From Dehalococcoidia bacterium (GTDB taxonomy: Bacteria; Chloroflexota; Dehalococcoidia; Lucifugimonadales; UBA3495): a DNA stretch of 64,000 nt. Position 1 is the stretch's first letter. Each line of letters opens with the position of its first letter. The DNA is taken from contig CBDFHM010000011.1 of assembly GCA_965247605.1 (NCBI GenBank), positions 327,930 through 391,929 on the forward strand. Reading direction: 5' to 3'. The notes beneath the pieces are model-generated. The model was not told where the DNA came from and made no database searches. It saw nothing but the letters and a program-made list of their open reading frames with translations. Position numbers and translations under genes: made by a program. Of this stretch, positions 8,515 through 20,329 are shown piece after piece.

Positions 8515-10563
8515 ATGGAATCCATTATCGTAGCTTTGGCCGCAGGTGGCGTCGCACTGCTGTTTGCGGCCATAACGGCACTCAGAGTTTTGAGAGCCGA
8601 CCCCGGCAACCAACGGATGCGTCAAATCGGGGATGCCATCCGCGAGGGCTCCGCCGCCTTCTTACGCCGGGAATACCTGGTCTTGTTCCCCTTCGTAATA
8701 GTGGTCGCGGGGATTCTTTGGGTTCTCATCGACTGGTGGACCCTGGACGATGCTGTCCCCAAAACGGCCATAGCTTACCTCGTGGGCACCATCTGCTCAG
8801 CCACTGCCGGCTTCGTCGGTATGAACGTGGCTGTACGGGCTAATACGCGCACAGCCGCTGCGGCCATGCACGGGCTTAACCCTGCGCTGCGCGTCGCGTT
8901 TTCCAGTGGCTCGGTTATGGGCCTAACCGTGGTGGGCATCGGGCTCTTAGGTGTGACCCTGCTTTACATCATCTACCAAGAAATTACCGTGGTGGCCGGC
9001 TTCGGAATGGGGGCCAGCTCCATTGCCTTATTCGCCAGGGTCGGCGGCGGCATCTTCACCAAGGCGGCCGATGTTGGCACCGACTTGGTGGGCAAGGTAG
9101 AGGCCGGGATTCCTGAGGACGACCCACGAAACCCAGGGGTCATCGCCGACAATGTGGGCGACAACGTCGGCGATGTAGCGGGGATGGGCGCCGACCTCTT
9201 TGAGTCCTACGTTAGTTCGATCATCGCCGCAATTGCGCTGGCCGTAGCCGTGCCGATATTGGCAGCGGACCCCGATGGTTGGAAAGCCGACCAAGCCGTT
9301 TTGCCGCTTATGCTTGCCGGAGCCGGTATTGTGGCGGCAATTCTGGGTACTTTCGTGGTGCGCAGCAGCGAACGCGCCGAGTTCGGGCAACTGCTGTGGG
9401 CGCTGCGTAAAGGGATTTTCGCCTCTGCTATCCTGATTGGTGTTTTTGCCCTGGTAATAATCCTGGCCATGGACATGGAGTTCGATTGGTTCTGGGCCAT
9501 ACTGGTGGGACTGGCGGCGGGCTTGATAATTGGGTTGTCTACCGAATATTACACATCGTACGAATACCGGCCGGTCCAACGAATCGCCGAAACTACCCAG
9601 ACCGGGGCGGCCACCGTAATGATCAGTGGCCTGGCCACCGGAATGCTGAGCACTGTTATACCGCTGGTGGCGGTGGGTATCACCATCTTGATCTCCTTCG
9701 AACTAGCGGGATTTTATGGTGTTGCTTTGGCCGGTGTTGGCCTGTTGTCGACCCTCGGGATCACCCTCGCCACAGACGCCTACGGCCCAGTAGCCGATAA
9801 TGCTGGCGGAATCGCCGAACAAGCCCAGTTGGATCCGGAAGTAAGGGAGCGGACCGACGCTTTGGATGCGTTGGGGAACACCACCGCAGCCACCGGCAAG
9901 GGGTTCGCCATTGGCTCGGCGGCTCTCACGTCGTTGGCTTTGTTGGCAGCCTACGCCGTTGCGGTGGGCCTCGATGATTCCGGCATCAGCCTGCTGGAGC
10001 ACACAACTATTGTTGGCGTGTTGTTGGGGGCGATGCTGCCCTTCCTATTCTCCGCCTTTACCATGAACGCCGTGGGCCGCGCCGCCTTTTCGATCGTGAA
10101 TGAGGTACGCCGCCAGTTCCGGGAAATTCCGGGGCTAATGGAAGGCACAGCGACGCCCGACTACGCCCGTTGCGTCGATATCAGCACCAGTGGCGCTCTG
10201 AAGGAAATGATTGTCCCCGGATTGATGGCCGTTATAGCACCCGTCGCCACCGGGTTTGTCCTCGGTACCGAAGCCTTGGGCGGGCTGTTGATCGGATCGG
10301 TGGCATCCGGATTCATGCTGGCTATCATGATGGCCAGCGCCGGGGGCGCTTGGGACAACGCCAAAAAGTATGTGGAGTTGGGCCATTTCGGCGGAAAGGG
10401 GTCCGAAGCCCATAAGGCGGCCGTGGAAGGCGATGTCGTGGGCGACCCGTTCAAGGACACGTCTGGTCCTTCGCTCAACATCTTGCTGAAACTGATGGCC
10501 ATAGTTTCCCTGGTCTTCGCGCCGGTATTCTTGAAGGTTACGCCGCTGATAGACAAGATATAG
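8515..10563 (+). CDS. hppA: Membrane-bound proton/sodium-translocating pyrophosphatase (K+-dependent type)
   Basis: GGGIFTKAADVGTDLVGKVEAGIPEDDPRNPGVIADNVGDNVGDVAGMGADLFESY. The GNTTAATGKG segment has Ala at the position that distinguishes K+-dependent enzymes from K+-independent (Lys) ones. Confidence 0.95.
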   Translation: MESIIVALAAGGVALLFAAITALRVLRADPGNQRMRQIGDAIREGSAAFLRREYLVLFPFVIVVAGILWVLIDWWTLDDAVPKTAIAYLVGTICSATAGFVGMNVAVRANTRTAAAAMHGLNPALRVAFSSGSVMGLTVVGIGLLGVTLLYIIYQEITVVAGFGMGASSIALFARVGGGIFTKAADVGTDLVGKVEAGIPEDDPRNPGVIADNVGDNVGDVAGMGADLFESYVSSIIAAIALAVAVPILAADPDGWKADQAVLPLMLAGAGIVAAILGTFVVRSSERAEFGQLLWALRKGIFASAILIGVFALVIILAMDMEFDWFWAILVGLAAGLIIGLSTEYYTSYEYRPVQRIAETTQTGAATVMISGLATGMLSTVIPLVAVGITILISFELAGFYGVALAGVGLLSTLGITLATDAYGPVADNAGGIAEQAQLDPEVRERTDALDALGNTTAATGKGFAIGSAALTSLALLAAYAVAVGLDDSGISLLEHTTIVGVLLGAMLPFLFSAFTMNAVGRAAFSIVNEVRRQFREIPGLMEGTATPDYARCVDISTSGALKEMIVPGLMAVIAPVATGFVLGTEALGGLLIGSVASGFMLAIMMASAGGAWDNAKKYVELGHFGGKGSEAHKAAVEGDVVGDPFKDTSGPSLNILLKLMAIVSLVFAPVFLKVTPLIDKI

Positions 10564-10646
10564 CGGCGTCTCGTCAAGCTGGCTCTTCGGCCCCTTGAAG
10601 GCCCGGAGTCGGCAACTTCGATCTTAGACAGTACATCTTGTAATAA

Positions 10647-10670
10647 GGACCGCTCTTAGGGCGGTCCTTT
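10647..10670 (+). terminator. Intrinsic terminator after hppA
   Basis: GGACCGC - TCTTAGG - GCGGTCC followed by TTT. Confidence 0.5.
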
Positions 10671-11222
10671 CAATTGGGTGAGCCACGATGACATCAATCA
10701 CACTGGCACCCTCCAGGAGGTGCTGGTGAAGACGCCCATCGTCCCACCATGTTGGAAGAGGGACCGACGTACCAGAGGATGACTTGGCGCAGGACTTATC
10801 AATCCGGCGCCAGGTTGACATGCCGTGGGTCCATCTGGTGGACAGAGGCAAGTTCGCGGCGTTGATGGACAGCGTTCGGCAAATCCCCCCGATGATCCCC
10901 CCTGGCATATTCCTCCCGCTCGTGGACAGACCGAGCGGTACCTGTAGTTGCTTGAGGACATACCATCGTCCGAGCCGTTCGTCGGGCCGAATAGAGTTCT
11001 TTTAGAGCAGGTGTTGGCGGCGATGACCGGCGGCAGCAACCCTGACTGGATTGGACGCAACGTCTATAATATTCTGCAACCGTTCGGGCAAGAGTAGGAC
11101 GCTTCAAATGGCTGACGAAGAATCCCAGATGACAGGCGGCCTCAGCCGGTTTCTCAAACGAGTTTTCGGCCCCTTTTCTTCGGGCAAAGGTGGTAGAAAA
11201 TGGGTGGGGAGTGGCGCTGGCC

Positions 11223-12446
11223 TAGTACTCAGTCAACTCGGTTTTGGTAATTGTTTAAGAAAACGTCTAAGGTTGCTACCCTTTTTTAGGAGTGTTGACG
11301 TAGGAGGGTGGCAGCCATGGGACGAGAACGGTATGTGGTCCGGTTGGAAAGGGAAGAACGAGACCAGTTGGAACGACTGATTCGCGGGGGAAAGAGCCCA
11401 GCGCGAAAGGTTGCCCGGGCCCGTATTCTGCTAAAGGCAGATACGGGCTGGGGGGTGATGCGCATCGTGGAGGCGCTGGACACGTCTGCGGGTACGGTGT
11501 GCCGTACCAAGCGGCGGTACCTGGAGGGAGGACTGAAGCGGGCCTTGGAGGAAGATCCTCGGCCAGGACATCCGACCAAACTGGATGAGCGGGGGGAAGC
11601 GCACCTGATTGCCCTGGCGTGCAGCGAGGCCCCTCCAGGCCATGACCACTGGACCCTGCGGCTCCTGGCAAACAAGGTGGTGGAGTTGGGGCTGGCGCCC
11701 TCCATGTCCCACGAGGGAATTCGCAAGCGGTTGAAAAAAACAGTCTCAAGCCGTGGCAGAAGAAGGAGTGGTGTATTCCCCAGGTGAGCGCCGAGTTTGT
11801 GGCGTGTATGGAGGATGTGCTGGACCTTTACGCGGAACCCTATGACCCAGAGCGCCCGGTGGTCTGTTTCGACGAGACCTCCAAGCAGTTGCTGGCGGAA
11901 AAGAGGTCTCCGATCCCGCCCAAGCCGGCACGACGGGAGCGATACGATTACGAGTACCAGCGCAATGGCACCCGAAACCTGTTCATGCTGTGCGAGCCCC
12001 TGGCGGGCTGGAGGCATGTGGCAGTGACCGAACGTCGTACCATGGTGGACTTCGCTCAGCAGATGCGGTGGCTGGCCGATGAAGCTTACCCAGCGTCCGA
12101 GAAGATCCGGGTGGTGCTGGACAACCTCAACACCCACAAACCAGCTTCCCTCTACGAAACCTTCGAGCCCAAGGAGGCTAGGCGAATACGCAAACGCTTG
12201 GAGTTTCACTACACTCCCAAGCACGGTAGTTGGCTCAACATGGCAGAGATCGAGTTCAGTGTCTTGGCCAGGCGAGTCCTGCGCCGGCGTATTGCCGATG
12301 AAGAGACTTTGAGTGGCGAGATCGCGGCCCTGGAGGCAGAACGAAACCAAGCCGGAGCAACCATTGACTGGAGATTCTCCACTGTGGACGCCCGAGTCAA
12401 GCTTCACCATCTCTATCCTGCCAACAATTAGGTTGACTGAGTACTA
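11223..12446 (+). mobile_element. IS630-family insertion sequence (about 1.22 kb) with terminal inverted repeats and TA target duplication
   Basis: The left end is TA-GTACTCAGTCAAC (11223-11237) and the right end is GTTGACTGAGTAC-TA (12432-12446). Counting the flanking TA, this is a 15-bp perfect inverted repeat, with a further TAATTGTT match internal on both sides. The element encloses a two-frame DDE transposase. Confidence 0.9.
11317..12431 (+). CDS. IS630-family DDE transposase, two frames joined at an A7 run (-1 frameshift or transcriptional slippage)
   Basis: ORF A carries an HTH (..RARILLKADTGW..) and ends ...IRKRLKK. ORF B, in the -1 frame, continues (N)SLKPWQKKEWCIPQVSAEFVACMEDVLDLY and carries DNLNTH and GSWLNMAEIEF motifs. 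The A7 run is at 11734-11740. GGAGG lies 9 nt upstream of ATG 11317. Confidence 0.85.
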
Positions 12447-12650
12447 GAAGGAAGCCCCGCCTATACAGCAATGGGTGAGGCACAATCTGGTTTCCTGCCG
12501 CTGGGAACATGCGCGCGATTATTAGTTGAATGTTGTAATTGAGATACGAACGCTTGGCAAGGAATTTTGTCGGACGCACGATGGGTAAAAAGCCGTCCGG
12601 CTTAGGGTTGGGACGAGACCTTAAGTGAGCCTAAACCGCATGAGGTTGGG

Positions 12651-12680
12651 TTGACATAGAATTTAAGGGGGGAATACAAT
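12651..12680 (+). promoter_or_regulatory. Candidate sigma70-type promoter for the nuclease/ATP-synthase operon
   Basis: TTGACA (12651-12656), 18-nt spacer, TACAAT (12675-12680). A GGAGG RBS precedes ATG 12714. Confidence 0.4.
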
Positions 12681-12713
12681 TCTTTTAGAGCCTAGACTAC
12701 GGAGGCGGCGGGA

Positions 12714-13274
12714 ATGCTGGAAATGACAATAGACAGCATACGAGTGAGCCCTATGAACTACCAGAGAGTCGTCATCCTGAAAGAAAAGGATGCCGATAGG
12801 TATCTGCCCATCTGGATCGGTCCCGCCGAAGCCGATGCCATCGCCGTCAAGCTCCAGGAACTGACTGTTCCGCGGCCCCTGACCCATGATTTGTTGAGCA
12901 CCGTCATCGACAGCCTGGGTGGGTCGGTCCAGCACATTCTGGTTAATGACCTTCAGAACGACACCTTCTACGCCAAGATCACCATCCAGACCAATGGAAG
13001 CGCTAAGGAGATCGACTGCCGCCCCAGTGATGCTGTGGCGTTGGCGGTTCGAGTTCAGGTCCCCATCTTCGTCGAGGAATCGGTGCTTGAAAAGGCTGGA
13101 ATCCTCTTGGACAAAGAGACCGGCAAGCCCATAGGCTCTGCGCAAGGGGACGCAACGGAAGCCGATAAGCCGGTGGAAGTAAAGGAAGAGGAACTGCGCC
13201 GGATGTCCGCGTTCACCGACTTCATAGATACACTGGATCTGGAGGACTTCGGTAAGGGCCAGGCCGCCCGGTAA
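12714..13274 (+). CDS. Bifunctional nuclease (BFN/DUF151) family protein
   Basis: ...RYLPIWIGPAEADAIAVKLQELTVPRPLTHDLL...IDCRPSDAVALAVRVQVPIFV is the BFN core. The C-terminal tail is acidic. Confidence 0.8.
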   Translation: MLEMTIDSIRVSPMNYQRVVILKEKDADRYLPIWIGPAEADAIAVKLQELTVPRPLTHDLLSTVIDSLGGSVQHILVNDLQNDTFYAKITIQTNGSAKEIDCRPSDAVALAVRVQVPIFVEESVLEKAGILLDKETGKPIGSAQGDATEADKPVEVKEEELRRMSAFTDFIDTLDLEDFGKGQAAR

Positions 13275-13404
13275 CCCTGGTCCTTCCGGGCAAGGATCAC
13301 CGGCTGGCAAATTAGGCCTCGGCGCACCGGAACGCCTGGGCCTATTTGATTCTTGGCATTGCTGATTCCCTTCGATTGCCCGGATTGACTGGTTCAAAAA
13401 CTTC

Positions 13405-13680
13405 GTGATAGGATTCACCAAGTTCGGCGAGGCCATGGACAAATGGGCTCTGGCTCTTCGGGTGACGGGACTCGGCTGGTACGTGGTCACCTGTGTGCTT
13501 TTGGGTGTTTTGGGCGGTCTGTGGCTGGATAATGTTGCCGGCACCAAGGTCTTGTTTACCCTCTTGGGAGTATTGTTGGGCACCGTGGCGGCATTCTACG
13601 GCCTCTACAAAATGGTCCAGCCCTTTTTGTATACGCCGCCACCGGGTAATCACAGCGGCGATAATCAGGAGAAGTCCTAG
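13405..13680 (+). CDS. AtpZ/AtpI-like small membrane protein
   Basis: Two predicted TM helices (...VTGLGWYVVTCVLLGVLGGLWLDNVAGTKVLFTLLGVLLGTVAAFYG). Lies immediately upstream of atpB, with its stop overlapping the atpB start (taGTG). The start codon is uncertain. Confidence 0.6.
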   Translation: MIGFTKFGEAMDKWALALRVTGLGWYVVTCVLLGVLGGLWLDNVAGTKVLFTLLGVLLGTVAAFYGLYKMVQPFLYTPPPGNHSGDNQEKS

Positions 13681-14759
13681 TGGGTTCGGGCGCCAAGAGA
13701 TACATCCTGCTGGGCCTTTTTGTCGTTTTTGCCCTATTTGTTTCCGGCCTTATCACCGGTGCTATCGGTGCCGGTTTGGTTCAATCCGAAGAGGATGAGG
13801 AAGCAGGGCTAACTGCCGAAGGACCCTTCATACCCAAGCCGGAAGTCCACCTCCCGGCCCAGACCGTGTTTCCAAAAGCAGAACGGGAATACTACCTGTC
13901 ATTCCTGGATGCCGAAAAAAAGGAAAAAGAGCTGGGCGAAGATGCCCTGAGCGAGCACGAGCACGAAATAGTGGAGGAAGGGCCCTTCCGAGGCTCCTTC
14001 AAGTTCATCGTCACCAATACCCTCCTGTCTGCCTGGGTCGCCAGCTTGCTCCTGATCCTCCTTTTCGCGCTGGGCGCCAGAAAAGCCAAGCTGGTCCCGG
14101 GGCGCCTCCAAACCTTCTGCGAGATAGCCTTAGAGGGGCTGCTAAAGTTTGTTGAAGGTGTAGTGGGCAGAGAGCGGGCGCGGTTGCTCTTCCCGGTCAT
14201 CGCCACCATATTTCTCTTTGTAGTGTTCAACGCCTGGATAGGCCTCCTTCCCATCTACCCGTCCTTAGGCTTCATGTCGGGAGACCACATCCAAGTGCAC
14301 TTGCTGCGTCCGGCCGGCACGGATATGAACATGCCTTTGGCGCTGGCGCTGGTATCTTTTGTGTTTGTAGAGTATCTGGGCCTGCGCACGTTAGGCCTCG
14401 GCTACATCACCAAGTTTGTGCGTATAGGCAGCCTGGGCCGGGGCATGAGGGCCTTGGTGCGGCTCCGCTTCTTGGACGCCTTTCAAAATCTCCTGGATTT
14501 CTTTTTCGTGGGGCCACTGGAGGCCTTCAGCGAGGCTGTCCGGTTGATCAGCTTCACCTTCAGGCTTTTCGGGAACATGACGGCCGGGGAGATACTGGTT
14601 CTGGTGTCCGCTTTCCTGGTTCCCTTCGTTGCCACGGTTGGGGTGTATGGTCTGGAGCTGTTGGTAGGCTTCATCCAGGCCCTGATTTTTGCCGGTCTGA
14701 CACTGGTCTTTGCCGCCATCGCCATGACCCCTCACCAACACGAAGCAGAGGCGCATTAA
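13680..14759 (+). CDS. atpB: F0F1 ATP synthase subunit a, with N-terminal extension of about 100 aa
   Basis: The C-terminal FRLFGNMTAGEILVLV motif and TM pattern are typical of subunit a. The N-terminus adds a TM helix plus an acidic segment (EEDEEAG...EKKEKELGEDALSEHEHE). Confidence 0.9.
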   Translation: MGSGAKRYILLGLFVVFALFVSGLITGAIGAGLVQSEEDEEAGLTAEGPFIPKPEVHLPAQTVFPKAEREYYLSFLDAEKKEKELGEDALSEHEHEIVEEGPFRGSFKFIVTNTLLSAWVASLLLILLFALGARKAKLVPGRLQTFCEIALEGLLKFVEGVVGRERARLLFPVIATIFLFVVFNAWIGLLPIYPSLGFMSGDHIQVHLLRPAGTDMNMPLALALVSFVFVEYLGLRTLGLGYITKFVRIGSLGRGMRALVRLRFLDAFQNLLDFFFVGPLEAFSEAVRLISFTFRLFGNMTAGEILVLVSAFLVPFVATVGVYGLELLVGFIQALIFAGLTLVFAAIAMTPHQHEAEAH

Positions 14760-14865
14760 TGCAAACCCCGGAACTGACCGGAGTTAATGGGCTTGGAGGA
14801 AATGTCCACTTTTCTGGGTTTGACCGGGAGTGGGCCAGGCGAGGCATCAACACAAGGGGGATGCA

Positions 14866-14964
14866 ATGGAAATAGTCATCTTCGCTATGGTGGTCGTCAC
14901 CGTGGGTCTGGCAGCAGCCGCGCTGGGTGGCATATTCGCCATCTACGCCTCGCGCCAGGACTGA
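14866..14964 (+). CDS. Small hydrophobic ORF (32 aa) between atpB and atpE
   Basis: MEIVIFAMVVVTVGLAAAALGGIFAIYASRQD forms a single TM helix. AAGGGGGA lies 5 nt upstream of the ATG. It falls below the ORF-track length cutoff. The overlapping 64-aa track ORF (14787-14981) is in another frame and looks random. Confidence 0.4.
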   Translation: MEIVIFAMVVVTVGLAAAALGGIFAIYASRQD

Positions 14965-14999
14965 CAATGCGCCCGGCCTAAATTGAGAATCTAAGATAG

Positions 15000-15281
<282 letters not shown>

Positions 15282-15294
15282 CGGCGGAGTCACA

Positions 15295-15798
15295 ATGCTA
15301 GAGACATTGGGAATCCATTTTCCCAGCCTAATAATCTACCTGGTCAACTTCGTCCTGCTGTTGGGGCTGCTGTATCTGTTCGCCTACAAGCCCATCCTAC
15401 GCATCATGGACCAGAGGACGGACCGCATCCGCGAAAGCCTGGCCGCCGCTGACCAGGCGCGGGAAGAGGCCGCCAGCTCCCATGAGGCTATAGAAGAACA
15501 GCTTAACCAGGCCCGCCGCGAGGGCCAGCGGCTGCTTGACCAGGCGCGGGAGGCCGCCCAGAGATTCCGGGATGAAGAGATGGACCGGGCCCGCCAGGAA
15601 GCGGAGAGTTTCGTTTCCCGGGCCCGCACCGACATCCAACGGGAGAGGGACTCCGCCATTGAAGAGGTACGGGCCAATTTTGGCGACCTGGCCATTACCG
15701 CGGCGGAGAGGGTCCTCCGGCGTTCCCTGGACCGGCAGGCCCACCAAGACCTTATTGCCCAGGTCTTGGAAGAGGGCGAAAGTCTGAGTAGAGGTTAG
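15295..15798 (+). CDS. atpF: F0F1 ATP synthase subunit b
   Basis: N-terminal TM helix followed by a long charged helix. Its position in the operon supports the call. Confidence 0.9.
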   Translation: MLETLGIHFPSLIIYLVNFVLLLGLLYLFAYKPILRIMDQRTDRIRESLAAADQAREEAASSHEAIEEQLNQARREGQRLLDQAREAAQRFRDEEMDRARQEAESFVSRARTDIQRERDSAIEEVRANFGDLAITAAERVLRRSLDRQAHQDLIAQVLEEGESLSRG

Positions 15799-15805
15799 CC
15801 GACCC

Positions 15806-16357
15806 ATGCCGGCGCAGGTCTCAGGTAAGCGTTACGCCCAGGCGATTTTTGAGCTTGCCAGGGAGCAGGACCAACTCGATCGGTGGGCCGGAGACCTTGA
15901 ACTGGTGGACCAGGCGCTGCAGGACGAGGAATTCAAGGCGTTTCTCAAGCACGCCGAGGTCCCCGCAGAAGCCAAGGTCCGGGCCATCAGCACTGTCCTC
16001 AGCGCCGTCCATCCCTTGGTGCAGAACCTGGTCAATATATTGATTACTGGAGGGCTGGTGGACCTGCTGCCTCAGCTATACGAGGCTTACCAAGCGCTTC
16101 TTGATGACCACCTGGGCCGCCAAAGGGTTGAAGTCACTTCTGCGATACCCCTGGAGGACCAAGAGTTGGAGCGGGTCACCAACTTCCTTTCGGGCCTCAT
16201 TAATAAGGAAGTAGTTGTCACTACCGTCGTGGATGAGTCCATTCTGGGTGGCATCGTCATTAGTATGGGAGACCGGTTGTTGGACGGCAGCGCCCGGTCG
16301 AGGCTGGAAGGGCTGCGAAACAGGCTGCATGCCGGGATGCCCCTCCGCCGGACCTAA
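15806..16357 (+). CDS. atpH: F0F1 ATP synthase subunit delta (OSCP)
   Basis: RYAQAIFELA... N-terminus and ...GGIVISMGDRLLDGSARSRLEGLR C-terminus. Confidence 0.9.
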   Translation: MPAQVSGKRYAQAIFELAREQDQLDRWAGDLELVDQALQDEEFKAFLKHAEVPAEAKVRAISTVLSAVHPLVQNLVNILITGGLVDLLPQLYEAYQALLDDHLGRQRVEVTSAIPLEDQELERVTNFLSGLINKEVVVTTVVDESILGGIVISMGDRLLDGSARSRLEGLRNRLHAGMPLRRT

Positions 16358-16411
16358 TCCGCACGGCGTTTATTCGGGGCGGCCGCTAACCGCATAATTA
16401 GGAGAGTCTTC

Positions 16412-17923
16412 ATGGCGACCAGAGGACAGGACATCGTATCGTTAATCAAGCGGCAGATCGAGGAGTTCGGCGGCGAGCTGAGCCTGGTGGATGTGGGGAC
16501 GGTGGTCCAAGTGGGAGACGGTATCGCCAGTATCCAGGGTCTGCAAGGTGTTCGGTCCAACGAGCTGCTGGACTTCGGAAATGACATTTTGGGTCTGGCC
16601 TTGAACCTGGAGGCCGACCTGGTCGGCGCGGCCATTCTTGGCGACCCTAACACAGTCAAAGAGGGCGACCGTGTGCGTTCCACCGGACGGATCATCGAGG
16701 TGCCGGTGGGTGAGGCCCTGATCGGCCGTACCGTGGACCCCCTGGGCCGGCCCCTGGACGGCAAGGGGCCCGTGAACACTCAAGCCACTCGGGCGGTGGA
16801 GCGGGTAGCTCCCAACGTTGTTGCGCGCCAGTCGGTGGATACTCCGGTGCAAACAGGAATCAAGGCGATCGACTCCATGATCCCAATCGGCCGGGGCCAG
16901 CGGGAGCTCATTATCGGCGACCGGTCCACGGGGAAGACCGCCATCGCGTTGGACACGATCATCAACCAGCGGGGCGGAAACCTGATTTGCATATACGTGG
17001 CCATCGGCCAGAAACAGGGGAAAGTTGCCCAGGTGGCTGCCATCCTTGAAGAGCATGGCGCCATGGAGCACACCATCATCGTTAACGCCGGCGCGGCCGA
17101 CGCGGCGCCAATACAGTACATTGCCCCCTACGCCGGCTGCGCCATGGCCGAAGAGTTCATGGACCAGGGGAAAGACGTACTCATTGTCTACGACGACCTG
17201 ACCAAGCATTCCTGGGCCTACCGGCAGATGTCCCTGCTGTTGCGCCGCCCCGCGGGCCGCGAAGCCTACCCCGGCGACATTTTCTACCTGCATAGCCGGC
17301 TGCTGGAGCGGTCGGCCCGGCTGAACAATGATAATGGCGGCGGCTCCATTACTGCGCTGCCTATAATCGAGACGCAGGCCGGTGACGTGGCGGCTTACAT
17401 CCCCACCAACGTGATCTCCATAACTGACGGCCAGATATACCTGGAAACGGAGCTGTTCAACGCGGGCATCCGGCCGGCCGTCAATGTCGGCCTTTCCGTC
17501 TCCAGGGTAGGCGGTGCTGCCCAGACCAGGGCCATCCGCCGGGTAGCGGGAAGATTGCGTTTGGAGCTGGCCCAGTACCGGGAGCTGGCAACTTTCGCCC
17601 AGTTCGGCACGGCAGACTTGGACGCCGCGACCAGGTCACAATTGATCCGGGGCCAGCTAGCCACTGAAGTATTGAAGCAAGGCCAGTACCAACCTTTGGC
17701 TTTGGCTGATGAGGTGACCGGGCTGTTCGCGGTCGACTCGGGGTTGATGGAAGACATACCTTTGGAACAGGCAGGGGCGTTTCAAGAGGGGTTGCTCCGT
17801 TACGTTTCCAGCACCCACCCGGACATCGGGCAGGCCATCACTGAGTCGGGTGATATTTCCTCCGAGACCGAGACCAAACTGACCGAGGCGATAACCGCTT
17901 TCAAGTCGACTTTCACCGCCTAG
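16412..17923 (+). CDS. atpA: F0F1 ATP synthase subunit alpha
   Basis: GDRSTGKT Walker A and overall alpha-subunit sequence. Confidence 0.97.
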   Translation: MATRGQDIVSLIKRQIEEFGGELSLVDVGTVVQVGDGIASIQGLQGVRSNELLDFGNDILGLALNLEADLVGAAILGDPNTVKEGDRVRSTGRIIEVPVGEALIGRTVDPLGRPLDGKGPVNTQATRAVERVAPNVVARQSVDTPVQTGIKAIDSMIPIGRGQRELIIGDRSTGKTAIALDTIINQRGGNLICIYVAIGQKQGKVAQVAAILEEHGAMEHTIIVNAGAADAAPIQYIAPYAGCAMAEEFMDQGKDVLIVYDDLTKHSWAYRQMSLLLRRPAGREAYPGDIFYLHSRLLERSARLNNDNGGGSITALPIIETQAGDVAAYIPTNVISITDGQIYLETELFNAGIRPAVNVGLSVSRVGGAAQTRAIRRVAGRLRLELAQYRELATFAQFGTADLDAATRSQLIRGQLATEVLKQGQYQPLALADEVTGLFAVDSGLMEDIPLEQAGAFQEGLLRYVSSTHPDIGQAITESGDISSETETKLTEAITAFKSTFTA

Positions 17924-17998
17924 TGATGCCTGGCGTAATGCTACCCCAATGGACAAATCCGGTCTTGAAATAAAACCGGTCTTGAATAGGAAGAGCAA

Positions 17999-18862
17999 GT
18001 GCCCAACGTAAAGGACCTTCGCCGACGCATCCGCAGCGTGCAGAACACGGGCAAGGTAACCAACGCCATGTCATTGATCGCCGCCTCAAAAATGCGGCGG
18101 GCCCAAACGGCGGTTACTCAAGGGCGCCCCTTTGCCCAGAAAATTCAGGGGGTCATCGCCAATCTGGCGGCACAACCGGCTGACGATGACGCCACCATCA
18201 ATCCCCTGCTGCGGGTAAAACCCTTGCAGAGGGTCGGAATCCTGGTAATAAGTCCGGACCGGGGCCTTTGCGGCGGCATGCACGCGAACCTGAACCGCAG
18301 CGTAGCCCGGTTCGTGTTGGACCAGCCGGCGCCGTCAAGTTTGATCGTGGTGGGACGCAAAGGCCGTGATTTCATGGTGCGCAGCGGCCAAGACGTGAAA
18401 GCGGTATTTACCGACATGGTAGAGCAGCCCGTAGTGGCCGACATTACGGCCATTTCGCGCCTGGTCATGGATTCCTACATCGATGGGGAGGTGGATGAGG
18501 TCCACCTGGCATATACCAAATTTGTGTCCACCCTCTCCCAACAACCGGCCATAGAGAGGCTGCTGCCGGTGACGCCGGCCGCGTTGGCCGCAACGGAGCG
18601 CGTGGGCTACATTTACGAGCCGGACAGCTTGGCCGTTCTCGAGAGCCTGCTCCCGAGGTTTGTGGAGATGGAGGTCTACCACGCCTTGCTGGAGTCGGTG
18701 GCCAGCGAACAGTCGGCCCGTATGGTGGCAATGCGCAACGCCACCGACAATGCCAATGATTTGATGGATGACCTGACTCTGGTCATGAACAAACTGCGCC
18801 AGGATAGCATCACCAACGAATTGCTGGACCTGGTGGGCGGCCAGATAGCCCTAGAAGGTTGA
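17999..18862 (+). CDS. atpG: F0F1 ATP synthase subunit gamma
   Basis: MPNVKDLRRRIRSVQNTGKVTNAM... and C-terminal ...LVMNKLRQDSITNELLDLVGG. Confidence 0.95.
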   Translation: MPNVKDLRRRIRSVQNTGKVTNAMSLIAASKMRRAQTAVTQGRPFAQKIQGVIANLAAQPADDDATINPLLRVKPLQRVGILVISPDRGLCGGMHANLNRSVARFVLDQPAPSSLIVVGRKGRDFMVRSGQDVKAVFTDMVEQPVVADITAISRLVMDSYIDGEVDEVHLAYTKFVSTLSQQPAIERLLPVTPAALAATERVGYIYEPDSLAVLESLLPRFVEMEVYHALLESVASEQSARMVAMRNATDNANDLMDDLTLVMNKLRQDSITNELLDLVGGQIALEG

Positions 18863-18909
18863 ACATAGGTTGAACAAAGGTTGATCGAAAGTTGATCAGG
18901 GACCGATAG

Positions 18910-20319
<1,410 letters not shown>

Positions 20320-20329
20320 AGGGCTGACC

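Noticed and set aside
10564-11107. About 540 bp with only overlapping low-quality ORFs (10624-10908, 10698-11060, 10799-11107 on the minus strand; 10784-11005 on the plus strand). It was considered as a decayed gene next to the IS.
   Set aside because: None of the six frames gave a recognisable protein, even allowing single-base frame changes. It is left unannotated.
11108-12542. Removing the IS630 element (leaving one TA) fuses 11108-11224 to 12447-12542 into an uninterrupted 70-codon ORF (MADEESQMTGGLSRFLKRVFGPFSSGKGGRKWVGSGAGLEGSPAYTAMGEAQSGFLPLGTCARLLVECCN). It was considered as an IS-disrupted small gene.
   Set aside because: No recognisable family, a weak RBS and a Gly-rich composition. 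A 70-codon open frame in about 60% GC DNA is not unusual. It would become worth revisiting only if it is conserved at the empty site in related genomes.
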